A DNA stretch of 64,000 nucleotides from Macrostomum lignano (lineage: Eukaryota): NCBI GenBank assembly GCA_002269645.1, contig NIVC01001167.1, positions 261,933-325,932 of the forward strand, written 5' to 3'. Shown one piece after another: positions 24,311-36,800 of this stretch (position 1 is the stretch's first letter; every line of letters begins with the position of its first letter). The position numbers and the translations under genes are program-made. Under the pieces are notes generated by a model. The model saw nothing but the letters and a program-made list of their open reading frames with translations. It had not been told where the DNA came from and ran no database searches.

Positions 24311-27245
24311 ATGAGCAAGCAGGTACCACCCTCAAAGATTGCAAAACCATCTGGCCTACCTGCGGCTAAGCGAGCCGATAATAGATCCTCCGTAGACAAA
24401 ATGGAGGCGTTCGGCCGTAGCCTGCTTGGTCTAGGCAGAAAATCCGAACGGCCACTTGCCGGTCCTCCTAGCGCAGCTACGACCTCAGGCGCAGCTGGTG
24501 CAGCTATCAAGGAGCCCAATAGTAATAGGGCCTCCAAGACGAGCGCTGATAGCATCCCGCCGGATGCCCCTTATAGCCTCGCAACCCTTGGCTGCCCAGC
24601 TGAAATAGACTGCACCATCGCTCCGCCATCTGATACGCCACCGACGCCCAGAGAACAGGCAAATAAGGCAACGCCTGAAACCTTGCCGAACAATGCCGAA
24701 AAACCTGAGGCGAAACCAAATTATACTGGTGACAATGTGTCTACCATTCCGAAGTCGCCAGTACTTGCTATCACGGCAAAACAGCAGCACAAGTCACCGG
24801 GCAGTGTTGTTTCGATTTCGTCGGACAGCGGCTCCGCGACTGTATTGGAAGGAGCTGGCCAAGCCGGCTCCGAAGACCCCAATGCAGCCGCATTTGCCCC
24901 TGCTTCTGAAGCCTCCGGCGAGGACGATTCGACACGTGCTGCAAACGTCGACCTCGATGCTGAAGATAACGACGGGCCCTATGTTGATCCGAATAGCTCG
25001 AACAGTCGCGACGCTGTGGAAAATGAAGTCGATGAGGACAACGCCAAGTATCTCCGCAATTCCATCGGCTTCCCTATTCACCCGGACCGCACCGGTGAAA
25101 ATATCCAGCGCTACGGCGATGCTGTGCTAGAATACTATCCTAAGCTTATTGAGTCAGTCTCCAAGCAGCTTTACGACTGCCTCATTGCCGATCTCTTGCC
25201 AAAGGCGATCAGGCACCGGCCTCATGAGCAGCGTAAAGTTGTGTGGTTCGGCCCAGGATATTCGTACTCGGGCGTACCTCTAGAACCAAATGACAAATGG
25301 CATCCGGCTGTCGAGGATCTGAGGGATTTCTTAGAATTCAATACAGATCTCGGCATGCCCAAATTTAATTCATGCCTAATCAATTTTTACGAGAGCGCCG
25401 ACGACCAGATACCGTAAGGCGAAATAATGACCAAAGAATAATCGGGCGCTTTCTTACCGAGCCAGGCTCTGTCATAGTCATGGCAGGCGGATGCCAGCGC
25501 CGATGCCAGCACAGCGTCCCGGCTGTGGGCATGCAGGAGGGAGTCCGCATATCGCTCACTTTTCGAGTGACTGAACCTCCTCGCACAGCCGCACTGGGGC
25601 GCGGAGGCCCAACAAGAGCAGCAGCTGCACTCGTCGGAGATGGGCCTGGCAGTGGCCGGGCGGGCACCAGCCTGGCCGCGCCGGGCTCCCGGACAGCAGC
25701 GAATGGGCAGCCAGGAGATCGCGGAGCGGCCGGCGCGTCCGGCTCTGCGGTCCCAGGTGGCCCTCGAGCCTAGGGCAACGGCGGCGGCATCGTCGGCGGT
25801 GCGGGGCGGGGCGGAAATCGCCAGTCCTATGCTGCAATGGCGGCAACCAACCAGGATGTATCACGGCCTCCTAATAGGGGAAATAGCAACGTAGTACCCG
25901 TGGTGTTTAATACTGCGGCGGAAACTAGCCAAATAGAATTTCTAAAGTGGCTCGCGGCCAACTTTCAAGGTTCGGCCCGGGCCACACTTACCAAGAAATT
26001 GACCCACGAAGTCGGCTTTCTAGTCTTCCCGGCCACTCCACGAGACCACCAACTGTTTCTGCGTGGGCCTCTGCGTGAGCCCCAGTTCGCTGGGGGGCCG
26101 GTGACGAGGCGTCTACCAAAGGCTCGACCGGACCCAAGAGCTAGGCCTGCTGCGCCACGGCGACCAATGACCCGAGCGGTCCACTCGTTCGTGGTGCGCG
26201 GCGTGCCTCCGGAGGTCGAGGCCAGCGACTTCAAGCGGCATCTACAAGAGAGTGCAGGTCTAAATATAATTTCAGCTAGCCGAATAACTGCTAAGCGAGA
26301 CAATAAGCCTACGTACTTGGTCCGCGTGTTTGTCCGCAACAAGCAGACTGTTGACGCCTGCCTAGCAACAGGAATTGTTACGGACTTCATGACCTACCAG
26401 TGCGAACCAAACAAGACCGCAGCTCCGGCACGAGCACCGCAGTGTCAAAACTGCCAGCGTTTCGGCCATCACGCCCAGCGGTGCAAAGCGGCCAAGCGTT
26501 GCAGGATCTGCGCGGCCGAGCACCACTGGCGTGACTGCGACAACCAGGACGCGGTAAAATGTGCCAATTGCAATGAGCCGCACAGAGCGAACTACCGCAA
26601 CTGCCAGGTGGCGATCGACTGCCACAGCGCGGCCCAAAGGCGTGCGGCTGCCTACGCAGCGGGCGCCCAAGAAGCCGCGGCAGCACAGACAGGTCGACCG
26701 CTCCACCACCTATTGCGGCAGCAGCGGCAGAAGCAGCATCAGCATCAGCAGCGGCAGCGGCAGCAGCGGCGCTACCCGCCCCCGCCCCCGCACCGGCACC
26801 AGAACCGGCAGCAGCACCGAGATGGGTCGACGCTGCAGCACGGGCGACAACGGCGACAGGGGGCAACGATTCGTTTTGGCTTACCGGCCCTGGCCTCCCT
26901 AGCCGGAAGCGCCCTGTGCGCGAATCGACCGACTCGGAGACGCAGACAACTGCGCCGGATGTAACGTCTAACAATGACACGCCGCCAAGTGCCAGAGAAG
27001 TCTCCCAGCTTCAGGGACTGGTGAGTGGGTTCCTTCCCCTCCTGGTCCAAGCACTTGTTGAGGTGCTGTCGACTCTCTGGCAGAGCCCGGCTAAACGGCC
27101 GCCTACTACCGAAAGCTCCCGTCAAACGGTGCAAGACGTAGTAGGTAGGGTTCTGGCCCGGGTCCTCGAAGGCGAATCGAACAGTCACCAAGGCCTTGGT
27201 CAGCTGCTTGGAGCCTCCTGGCGACAGGCGGGTGGCCAGACCTAG
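24311..27245 (+). pseudogene. E1 ORF1: low-complexity N-terminus + AlkB (internal deletion) + RRM-like region + three CCHC knuckles
   Basis: RKVVWFGPGYSYSG..FNSCLINFY | GSVIVMAGGCQRRCQHSV..RISLTFR; CQNCQRFGHHAQRC, CRICAAEHHWRDC, CANCNEPHRANYRNC; frameshifts. Confidence 0.88.
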
Positions 27246-27262
27246 AATAATATAGGATAAAT

Positions 27263-29632
27263 ATGTTCGGTAATAACGGGCACGATAGCTCGAACCCCAC
27301 TGCCTCAGGGCTCAAGATCGGTCACCTAAACTGCAGGGGGGTAATACCGAAACTAAAAGAACTCAGGCTCTGCGTCTCAGACCAGAAATTGGATATTGCG
27401 CTGTTTTCTGAGACCATCCTGAAAAATTCCAAGTATGCACTTTCCCGGGCTATGCTGCAGTGCGGTTTGACCTTCCGATTACGAAGCGCGGACTCCTCCT
27501 TGTTCACACCCCACGGGTTAAGGTAGCAGACGTCCAGCTCTCGTACGACAACGTCAACCATGAGGTCCTTACTTGCACAGTCACTCCTGTTGACGGCGCA
27601 TGTCCACCTTTCCAACTATCCCTGGTCTATCGGTCCTCGTAGCCGGACAACCTCGACACCGGACTTTTGACGAGGCTGTCCTCGGCAAAATACTCGCTCA
27701 TCATGGGAGACCTCAATGCTAGGCACAGCTTCTTGGGGGGTGAAAGTCGCAACAACAGAGCAGGACAGCAGCTCCATGATTGGCTCTGCGTCGATCCATC
27801 CCACCGCCCCACCGTTCTCAACCAACCAGGCCAGTTCACTGGAATAGCCCACCGGCAAGGCGTTGTGTCCCGGAATGTGCTCGACCTTGGGTTAGCCTCC
27901 GGCGACCTCGTCTCACTTGTTCAAGACTTTAAAGTGGGCTCTGACGTGGACAGTGATCACCTCCCAATAATACTCACCCTGGCGAGTAACTCCCCAGACT
28001 GGCAAGGGCCAGAGAAGGCTCAAAACTTTGCCAAAGCTAACTGGGAAGAGTTCCAAAATTCCTTGATGGAAAAACTGGTACAAGCGTGGCCTCCAGACCT
28101 TAGTACTAGGCAGCAAATTGATGCGGAGGTCGACCTCATCACGAACGCGATCCAGAAAACCATCGAGGATAATGTCCCGGTCAGAAACGGCCGTAGAGCC
28201 CTCCCCCAGAGGATCATTGCCATGATCAAGGAGAGGAGGAAGCTCCGGCGTCTGTACCACAGTACCAGGGATGACAATTTTAGGCTGCTCGCGAATAGAA
28301 AGGCGAAGGAAATAAAAAGCGCTATTTATTCGTTTGAGCAGGGCCAGTTTACCCAGATGTGCGAGAAAATAGTTGAAAAAAGTCAATGCCGGAATGTCAA
28401 GGACTTCTGGCAGGACACAAAAAAATTGATGGGGCGCAAAAAGGGCACCACTATTCCGTCCTTGAATGATGGCGCCACCCTCGCACATACTGACTCAGAC
28501 AAAGCTGATATGCTAGCGAGAGCACTAGATGTCAAAATGCGCCCGATTCCATCGACCGATGAGGAGCTGAAGAAGAGGGTTGAGCAGGCTATGAAGCTCC
28601 CCATCTTTAGACCGATTCCCTCGGGCGTAGATCCATCCATGGGCCACCCCCTGGAGGCTCCGTTCTCTGTTACAGACACCCTCTGGGAGCTGGACCACCT
28701 AAAAGTTGACAGTGCTCCGGGCCTAGACAAAGTTCCTAACTGCGTCCTTAAACATGGCCTGGAGCCCATTGCGGTTACCCGAATCACTAAACTCTTCAAT
28801 GATTGCTATCGTACGGGCATCTTCCCATCGCAGTGGAAAAAAAGCGGTGGTGACGATGATTCCTAAACCTGACAAACCTCCTGAATCCCCGGGATCCTAT
28901 CGGCCCATCAGCCTGACCTCCTGCCTCGGCAAGGTGTTCGAGAAGTTATTGGTGAGGAGGCTGATGAAGCATCTTGAGGGCCAGGGTATCCTCGGCGCGG
29001 ATCAATGTGCGTACCGGAAGGTCCACTCAACTTATGACAATCTTGTCCGCCTCGTCCAGGACGTCCAGGTGGGCAAAGCTAAACTAAAAAGGATTCTGGC
29101 CATCCTCCTTGACGTACAAGCGGCGTTCGATTCGGTGTGGTATGACTACCTGAGGTTCAGGATGTATGAAGTCAACACGCCAGACGAAGTCCGGTTCCTT
29201 GGCATGAACCTGGACTACCGGCTGACCCTTAACTCGCATGTTGAAAGAGTAGTCAGCCACGGCCGGGCGCTTGCCCTGTCCATTAACCGCATTGCTAAGC
29301 TGACCCGGCTAAGCAGCAATACCCTTAAAATGCTATACAGGGCTTACGTTGAGAGTGCGCTGACTTACGGTGCCCCGGTGCTGAACATCATAGCACCCAG
29401 TAATCTCAATAAGCTCCAGAAAATCCAAAACTTAGCTCTTAGGATCTGCTATGGCGCCCCTAGTTACACCCAGGTAGCCTACCTGCATGAGCTGGCAGCC
29501 ATGCCTATGATGGCAGACAGGATTCGTTCCCTGGGTGTAGGCTGGCTCTCCAAGGTGAAGGCTGCTGGGCACCACGATTTCCACATTGAGCCGGAACTCC
29601 CTAGAGCTGCCCGCAACCGCCCCCAGTGCTGA
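27263..29632 (+). pseudogene. E1 ORF2: apurinic endonuclease + reverse transcriptase (central RT motifs deleted), no RNase H
   Basis: HLNCRG..FSET, MGDLNARH, LDLGL, DSDHLP, SAPGLD, YRPISLTSCLGKVFEK, DVQAAFDSV; jumps to VRFLG at ~29182 (PQG and YADD absent). Confidence 0.92.
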
Positions 29633-30093
29633 ACCTGCTATGGGACAGCCTGAAGAGGAGGCAAGCTAATAGACAAGCAGCTGCAAATGCGGCGGCCCGT
29701 GCGGCCCAAAACCCGCCCTAGATTTACTAGGTTAGCTGCCCCAAAAGAAAACTTAAAGTGCCCCCAAGACAGTGGCTTCCCCTCTCTATTACTCTGGACC
29801 TAGCCGTCTGTCAGTGCACAAATAAAAGGTCTAATACAAAAAATAGGCGTGAATAGTAGCGGCAAGTGCTGGACCAGGCGGGTGGGCCTACGACCCAGTA
29901 ACAATACAGTAAAAATAGCTGGGCTTACCTGTTGGTACTGCAGGTGATACTGTAATCCGCTGTAGAACTCTTCCTGATTCCGCCTCTCTTTACCTTTTTA
30001 CAATCCAATTATTTTAGACTGCAAATGCTCCTTTCACATCTGGCTTTTGCCTTGTTTATATTTTACTCTTATTTTTATCCTAACCCAAATATA

Positions 30094-30947
30094 GTAGTAG
30101 TAGTAATAAGTAATTCGGCGCCTCAGCCATTGATCAGGCTCTTACGCCACTAGATAAATATAAATTCCAGGTTGGGAGTGTACTTATGTACACTGAGATC
30201 CTAATTGGAGCTAAGAGGACTGTACAAAGGGCAAATGACAAATCAAAAACCTCCCCGGGGGACAGTGACAGCGGAACGACATACCAGTCAGGAAGCCCGT
30301 GCCCAGAATCCAGGTTAGAGAGACCCCTTGCCTATTAGGGTTGGCCCGAAGGCCTAGAGCCGTGGCTACCATGCTGGGGCCGACCGCCCACCACCCCCGG
30401 GTACTCAACGAAATGTACATAAACCTCCCCGGGGCCAGAGGGGGAAGAGTGAACCATTCAGGGAAGCCCGTGCCTTCTCCTGGGTTAGATAAGCCAAAAC
30501 ACCGGTCATAAGACCGCCCCCACGGCCGTGGCCACCCGAAGGAGCCTCCCCCCCAACTAAACCCCGGGTACTCTTGCCAGACAGTCTCTTATCTTTGAAG
30601 CGGCAGGAGGGCTATTCACCGGGACTATTTCACCCTTTGCTTCCCCAACCCGCCATTTTTATAATGACCGTGCCAACGGTCTCGTCCTGCTCAGACTCAG
30701 TCCTGGTTCTGGCACACTCCAGCTTTAATAGGGTCGCTGGCTGTTCGCTCAGAGGGCACTTGAGGGAGACCGTCAAAGCACCAACTGGAACAGGTATAGG
30801 CCTGCCTTCCTATACAGCTACCCACAGCCCTTCCCGATCCACCATTACCCACCAACCCGGCCTACTCAATCATTACAAGCTCTCAGCCAGGCAGAGACAA
30901 GTTTCACGGGGGTACTGCGGTTAGGCGCCTCTATGCGAGACAAAACC
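30094..30947 (-). mobile_element. Non-autonomous SINE-like element copy 1 (~850 bp), (TAC)n tail, 17-bp TSD
   Basis: TSD ATCCTAAC(C/A)CAAATATA at 30077-30093 and 30948-30964; minus-strand 3' end GCGTAAGAGCC..GGCTGAGGCGC matches E2 3' end (43984-44013). Confidence 0.75.
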
Positions 30948-30964
30948 ATCCTAACACAAATATA

Positions 30965-31810
30965 AACTAAACTACTAAACTAAATAAGTGCTTCCGGCGC
31001 CTCAGCCATTGAAATAGGCTCTTACGCCACTAGATATAAAAAGTTTCCTGATAGGGAGTGTACTAATGTACACTAAAAGCCAAGTTAGACTATAGAGGAC
31101 TGTACAGGGCTGAATCAAAAAAACCAAACCTCCCCGGGGGACAGTGACAGCGGAACGACATACCAGTCAGGAAGCCCGTGCCCAAAAACCAGGTTAGATA
31201 GACCCAAGCATATTAGGGATGGCCCGAAGGCCTAGAGCCGTGGCTACCATGCTGGGGCCGACCGCCCACCACCCCCGGGTACAAATCATAAACCTCCCCG
31301 AGGCTAGAGGGGGAAGAGAGAACCATTCAGGGAAGCCCGTGCCTTCTCCTGGGTTAGATAGGCCAAAACACCGGTCATAAGACCGCCCCCACGGCCGTGG
31401 CCACCCGAAGGAGCCTCCCCCCCAACTAAACCCCGGGTACTCTTGCCAGACAGTCTCTTATCTTTGAAGCGGCAGGAGGGCTATTCGCCGGGACTATTTC
31501 ACCCTTTGCTTCCCCAACCCGCCATTTTTATAATGACCGTGCCAACGGTCTCGTCCTGCTTAGACTCAGTCCTGGTTCTGGCACACTCCAGCTTTAATAG
31601 GGTCGCTGGCTGTACGCTCAGAGGGCGCCTGAGGGATACCGTCAGAGCACCTTGGTACAGGTATAGGCCTGCCTTCCTATACAGCTACCCACAGCCCTTC
31701 CCGATCCACTATTACCCTCCAACCCAGCCTTCTCACTCATTACAAGCTTTCAGCCAGGCAGAGACAAGTTTCACAGGAGTGACTGTGGTTAGGCGTCTCT
31801 ATGCGAGACA
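30965..31810 (-). mobile_element. Non-autonomous SINE-like element copy 2, (TTAG)-like tail
   Basis: Colinear and highly similar to copy 1, same 5' terminus (TGTCTCGCATAGAG), different tail. Confidence 0.75.
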
Positions 31811-32749
31811 TGCGAGACACATAAAATTTTAGTCCTATGTGCCAACCAGGCCAAACCAATATACTTTGCGTAGGGGCTGCTACTAGTAGTAGTTCCTGCC
31901 GCCTAGCTACTATTTTATACTCAAACCAAATGTAAATATTTAAAATACTGACTTTAAAAACCTTCGCGCTGATCCCCTTTTCGGTCCAAAATATCTTTGT
32001 GAGGACCCGTCCCATTTACCGTAGAGCTCCCCCCTTTATCAGTTGCGAACACTTCTTCACTTTTATATTCCTAAATGTACATAATCAATTTAAATCGAAA
32101 TTTTTAACCTTCGTATAACTAATAATTAGCATAATTTTTAAATTTAAATATATCGGCAGAGCCCTACCCGGGCTGACCCGAGGTGCCTTCAGCACCAATC
32201 GTTTAACAACAGAGCAGTCCTTGGTCCGTAGTTGCCTTGGTAACTTAAAATCAATTAAGTAGTGAGCTACTACAGGTATCCACAGTGTGGGCCTCGGGTA
32301 GCTCTTGCTTAATTGTGCTTAAGCATCTGGGGTGACTGTTAAAGTTGTTATAAGTAATCTTTTATCTTAAAATAGTCAACTTTATATTTATAGTAAGTGA
32401 ATCCAAGTTTTCCTTCTAGAATTTTCTATAACAGACTTCTTAATTATATCTATGGTTTTCGACTCCCTTACATGTACCACTAAGTTTTGTTTGAGCTACG
32501 CCAGTGCTCAATTCCATGTTAACCCTTTCTTTTGCTATCTTTCTCAAAACTCAATAAACGCCGATTCATTATAATTTAATAAGGCTTTCTTAATAGGTTA
32601 TGGGCCCTGCGCCCCTCCACTGTGATCTACTGCAGTGTGAACAATAAAGCTGCTTCAGTGGCAGTGCGTCAGTCGGCGTGATTTTCAGGCTCTACCGTCT
32701 CTTAGAAAGTTCAAGCTCAGCAGTCCAGTTGTGCTGGTGGATCGACACG

Positions 32750-34945
32750 ATGTCTTTCGATGCCAAACTACTGGTTGAGAAGTTGGATAGTTCCAACTAC
32801 ACTGTCTGGAAGTTCAAGATGAAGAACGTCCTGATGGAGCGAGAACTTTGGGAAGTTGTTGATGGTACAGAGACACTTGCTGAGGACGCGACCAACGAGG
32901 TCAAAGTTCAGTTCAAGCGGCGTGCGAACAAAGCCCTAGCGACTATCGTATTGGCTGTTGCGGATAGTCAAATTCATCTAATTGAGGATGCAGTAACTCC
33001 AAAGGAAGCGTGGGATAAGCTTCAAGCATATTTCGAGCGGAGTTCGCTGGCAAATAAATTGTTTCTTAATCGGAAACTACAAGCGCTCAAGATGGTGGAA
33101 GGTGCATCCATGCAGGAGCATGTTAATCAGTTCAAGGATATGGTCAAACGACTGTCGGCTATCGGAGCAGGTGTTCCCGAGGACTATCAAGTCACGATTT
33201 TGTTAAACAGTTTGCCGAAGTCATATGACGGGTTGATTACTGCCCTGGAATCGCGAGCGGACGACTTGACGATGAATTTCGTACTCGAGCGGCTTTTGCA
33301 CGAGGAGTCAAAACGACTTGAACAGGAAAGCTGTGAACCTAGCAGCAATTCAAAGGCTCTGGTTGGATTCAACAAGCAACAGCACCAGAGTGTCAGACCA
33401 AAAGTATGTTTTTCTGCAATAAGCCTGGTCACCTAAAGAAGCACTGTTACAAATTCAAGAATAGCCTCTCTGTGACAGGTGGATCGAGCACAAATTCAAG
33501 ACCACGTGCACAGGATTTGAAGAAATCCAACAGAAGGCATCAGGCGAGGATTGCAGACGCCCCAGCAAAAGACTTAAAGGACTTTTCAGCTTCAGATGAG
33601 GAAGATTCTGCATTTCCGGCGTTGTCTATGGGCACATCATCGACAGCTAACGAGTCTAGTACATGGATTGTAGACTCAGGCGCAACGAATCATATGAATA
33701 ATGATCGGACAAGTTTTGAGAAATTTGAAGATTTTTCGGTACTGGAGAACATTTCGCTAGCAGATGGACATAAGCTCGAAGCCACTGGAAAGGGAACCGT
33801 TCGGTTGTATATCAATACTGGTTCTGGTAAGAAATTGTGCGAGCTGAGCGACGTTCTATATGTACCACTTATGGAACAGAATTTGTTCTCAGTATCAGCA
33901 GTTACAAGAAAAGGCTTCCGTGTACAATTCAGCGACGACAAGTGTCAGATTTTGAGCGCAACTGGTAAGATTGTTGGAGAAGCTTTGAAAGTTGGCAGAC
34001 TGTACAAATTGAAAGGCTTTAACCTAACTAACGAGACTGCATCTGTCGCGAGAAACAACAGCATCGACCTATGGCATCAGCGCTATGGACACCTAGGTGA
34101 GCAAGACCTGAAATCTCTAATTAATGGAAAGCAAGTGGACGGAATTGAGCTTAGCAAGGATGACGTAAAAACTGAAGGCATCAGTTTCTGCACAGCATGT
34201 GTGGAAGGAAAGCAACATCGAACGCCATTTGCAAAGGGTGAAACGTCAATGTCAACTGAACTATTGGGTCTAATTCACAGTGACGTGTGCGGTCCCATGA
34301 AAACTACGTCAATTGGAGGATCAAAGTATTTTGTCACATTTATTGACGACTATTCGCGCTATTGCTCAGTTTACTTCATTAAAAGCAAGTCAGAAGTCTT
34401 AGAAAAATTCAAGATCTTTCAGGCTCTCGTCACGAATCAAACAGACAAGTCTATCAAGATTCTTCGGACTGACAATGGTGGAGAGTATACATCAGGAGAA
34501 TTTGAGGCATTCTGTGCCCGAAACGGAATCATTCACCAGACTACTGTCCCACACTCTCCTGAACAGAACGGAGTAGCCGAGAGAATGAACCGAACCTTGG
34601 TGGAGGCAGCACGAACAATGATTGCACATGCTCATATTGGCAAGGAATTCTGGGCAAAAACAATCTCTACGGCAGCATATCAGCGTAATCGATCAATAAC
34701 CAGCGCAGTCAACAAAGCGACACCATATCAAATTTTGACCGGCAGCAAGCCGAGTGTTCAGCATTTGCGAGTATTTGGATGCGTTGCCTACGCGCATGTC
34801 CCAGCTGAGAAACGTCACAAGTTTGACTCAAAAGCTCGGGAAGTCAGATTTATTGGATACTTGGAAACCTCAAAAGGATATCGTTGTTTTGATTTCCAAA
34901 CACGATCAGTTTTCGTCAGTCGCGATGTAACGTTCCAATTACAAT
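32750..34945 (+). pseudogene. Copia gag-protease-integrase (1-nt frameshift ~33410; RT/RNase H missing)
   Basis: NYTVWKFKM, CxxC..GHLKKHC, WIVDSGATNHM, LWHQRYGHL, IHSDVCGP, FIDDYSRY, RTDNGGEY, QNGVAERMNRTL, VSRDVTF. Confidence 0.95.
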
Positions 34946-34950
34946 CCGAT

Positions 34951-36800
34951 TAAAGAATGTTCTGACCACATATATTCATGAAACACAGACGGAATGGGCA
35001 AGATACGTGCCAACGGCGACTTTAGCCCTGAACATAAGCTATAATAAAAATCTTCGAACTTCCCCATATGAGCTAATTTTTGGCCATGCATACAAGACCC
35101 CCACCGAAAGAGTTCTAAAGGAACAAGTGTCTGTTTATGACGAAGCCCCAAGTTATGTAAAGAAGCTAGCTAGTTCTTTGAAATTGAGTTGGGATGTTGC
35201 AGGCCATTTTCTACTTCAAGAGCGTCTCAAACAAAGTGAGCAAGCGAACAAAGGAAGAAAATATCATAAATTATCTGAAGGAGACATCGTATATTTGGAA
35301 AAACCTGTGAAGGACGGAAAATTCGACACAAATTATGAAGGCCCCTTTACCGTCAGGAAAGTGATAGGCGATTCCACAGTTGCAATTCAAAGACCGGAAA
35401 ATGAACAGAACGAGGAAGCTAGAACAGTAAACGCCAATAGGTTGAAGAGACTATTGTCAGGCCCACCAATAGCAGTTCCACCATTCTCTGAAGAAACCAA
35501 TGGCAACACAACACATGATGCGCATAAAATCAGATTGCACAAATCCAACGCCACGCAGACAGAAGTAACAGAGGAATCAGCTTGTAAGAGATTCACTTTG
35601 CGTCCACGCAAGAACTAGAACCATGAATATCCTGAACGACTTTGAGCGCCGAGCATGGATCTACCATAGGATCCACTTCTTTCAATGGTTCTCCCCCCTA
35701 CTGCCGGGTTATAAGGAAAGAGTAATACCCATCTTGGAAGATATCCGAACGGAAGCACGTAGACTATACGAACCGGGAGTTTCTGAAGTAGAATTCAGAG
35801 AGCCGCCACCGACACGGCTGATTGATGTATACAAGACGGAGCTCCGCAATCTCGCTGACGATATGTACGATGACGAATATCGCGAGGGACGCATTATTTG
35901 GGAGCTGATAGTTATCTGCTGCACCAAACTGCTTTCTCTCCTAAGAAACGAGGGTAATGCGAATACTACTGAAGAGGACAGCTCAGAGGACAACTGAAGC
36001 TCAAGTTGAGTCGGACAACATAAATCGAAGATCGCAGATGGTTTTGAGGCGAGATTGAACGAGCTACATCGCTATATCCAGAATGATAAAAGCTTTACGA
36101 GATTAAAATCATTCGCTCATACTTACAGCTATTTGCTTTCATACTAGTCTCAATGATTTCTTCATTTCCATATTTTACTAAATGCAAATGTGGGGACCAC
36201 ATTTTGAAAAAGGGGGAGTAATATAAGGATTCAATTTCATATGCATGTAGGCCTTAGGGACTATTTAGGGACTATTTTAGGAAGTAGTATTAGGGACTAA
36301 ATTAGGCAATAATTAGGGAATTGCATTGTTATCAGAGCGTGGTGAAGTGTAGCAGTTGTGGACAGCTGCACTCTTACAAAAAGCCACAAGTGCTTGATGA
36401 CGGCATTGCAAAGGGCGAGTGCAGGCCGCCCTAAAAGTCTGCTTCCACTTTAGAGGGGTTGTATGCTTTATGTGGGGCGAGGTTCAATTACATTTTTAAC
36501 AGAGACATTTCAGAAATCGCACGAGAAAGGGGAACCGTGAGAATCGGCCGGAATTGCGCGGTGGCTGGAAGACGTGGGAAATGATAACGCAGACAGTTTC
36601 ACAGGGACTTCATCGGGGAAATTTACTATAAATAAGCGAGGGGTTACGAGCGTAAATGCTAAAAACTTTACCTTTTTTCACTCTCTTTTCACTCTCTTTT
36701 ACACGCCTTGTATTAACTTTTGGATTGCTTAATAGTTTGCAAATCACGACGACCGCTTCTGCAGACACCTGTGACCTGAGGGTAAGACTGAGCACTGCCA
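34951..36800 (+). mobile_element. Gypsy 3' fragment: integrase C-terminus/GPY-F, extra ORF, PPT (36206-36218) and 3' LTR (from ~36219; end uncertain)
   Basis: EWARYVPTATLALNISY..SPYELIFG, GDIVYL..YEGPFTV; PPT GAAAAAGGGGGAG. Confidence 0.85.
35623..35997 (+). CDS. Additional ORF of unknown function directly after Gypsy pol
   Basis: ATG 4 nt after the pol stop; 124 aa, non-repetitive; may once have extended to ~36146 across two stops. Confidence 0.5.
   Translation: MNILNDFERRAWIYHRIHFFQWFSPLLPGYKERVIPILEDIRTEARRLYEPGVSEVEFREPPPTRLIDVYKTELRNLADDMYDDEYREGRIIWELIVICCTKLLSLLRNEGNANTTEEDSSEDN

Larger units (their letters stand above)
23706..32210 (+). mobile_element. E1: AlkB-bearing Jockey/I-group LINE (degenerate); 3'UTR interrupted by two antisense elements
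   Basis: Starts at AGAGCAGT motifs (23706, 23724); ORF1 24311-27243; ORF2 27263-29632; 3'UTR shares TAGCTAC..TGTAAATATTT and the AGAGCCCT..GGGCTGA stem-loop (~32158) with E2. Confidence 0.85.

Noticed and set aside
30094-31810. HDV-like ribozyme or simple DNA tandem duplication as explanation of the 850-bp units
   Set aside because: No P1/P3/L3 fit found; different tails and a TSD argue for two retropositions
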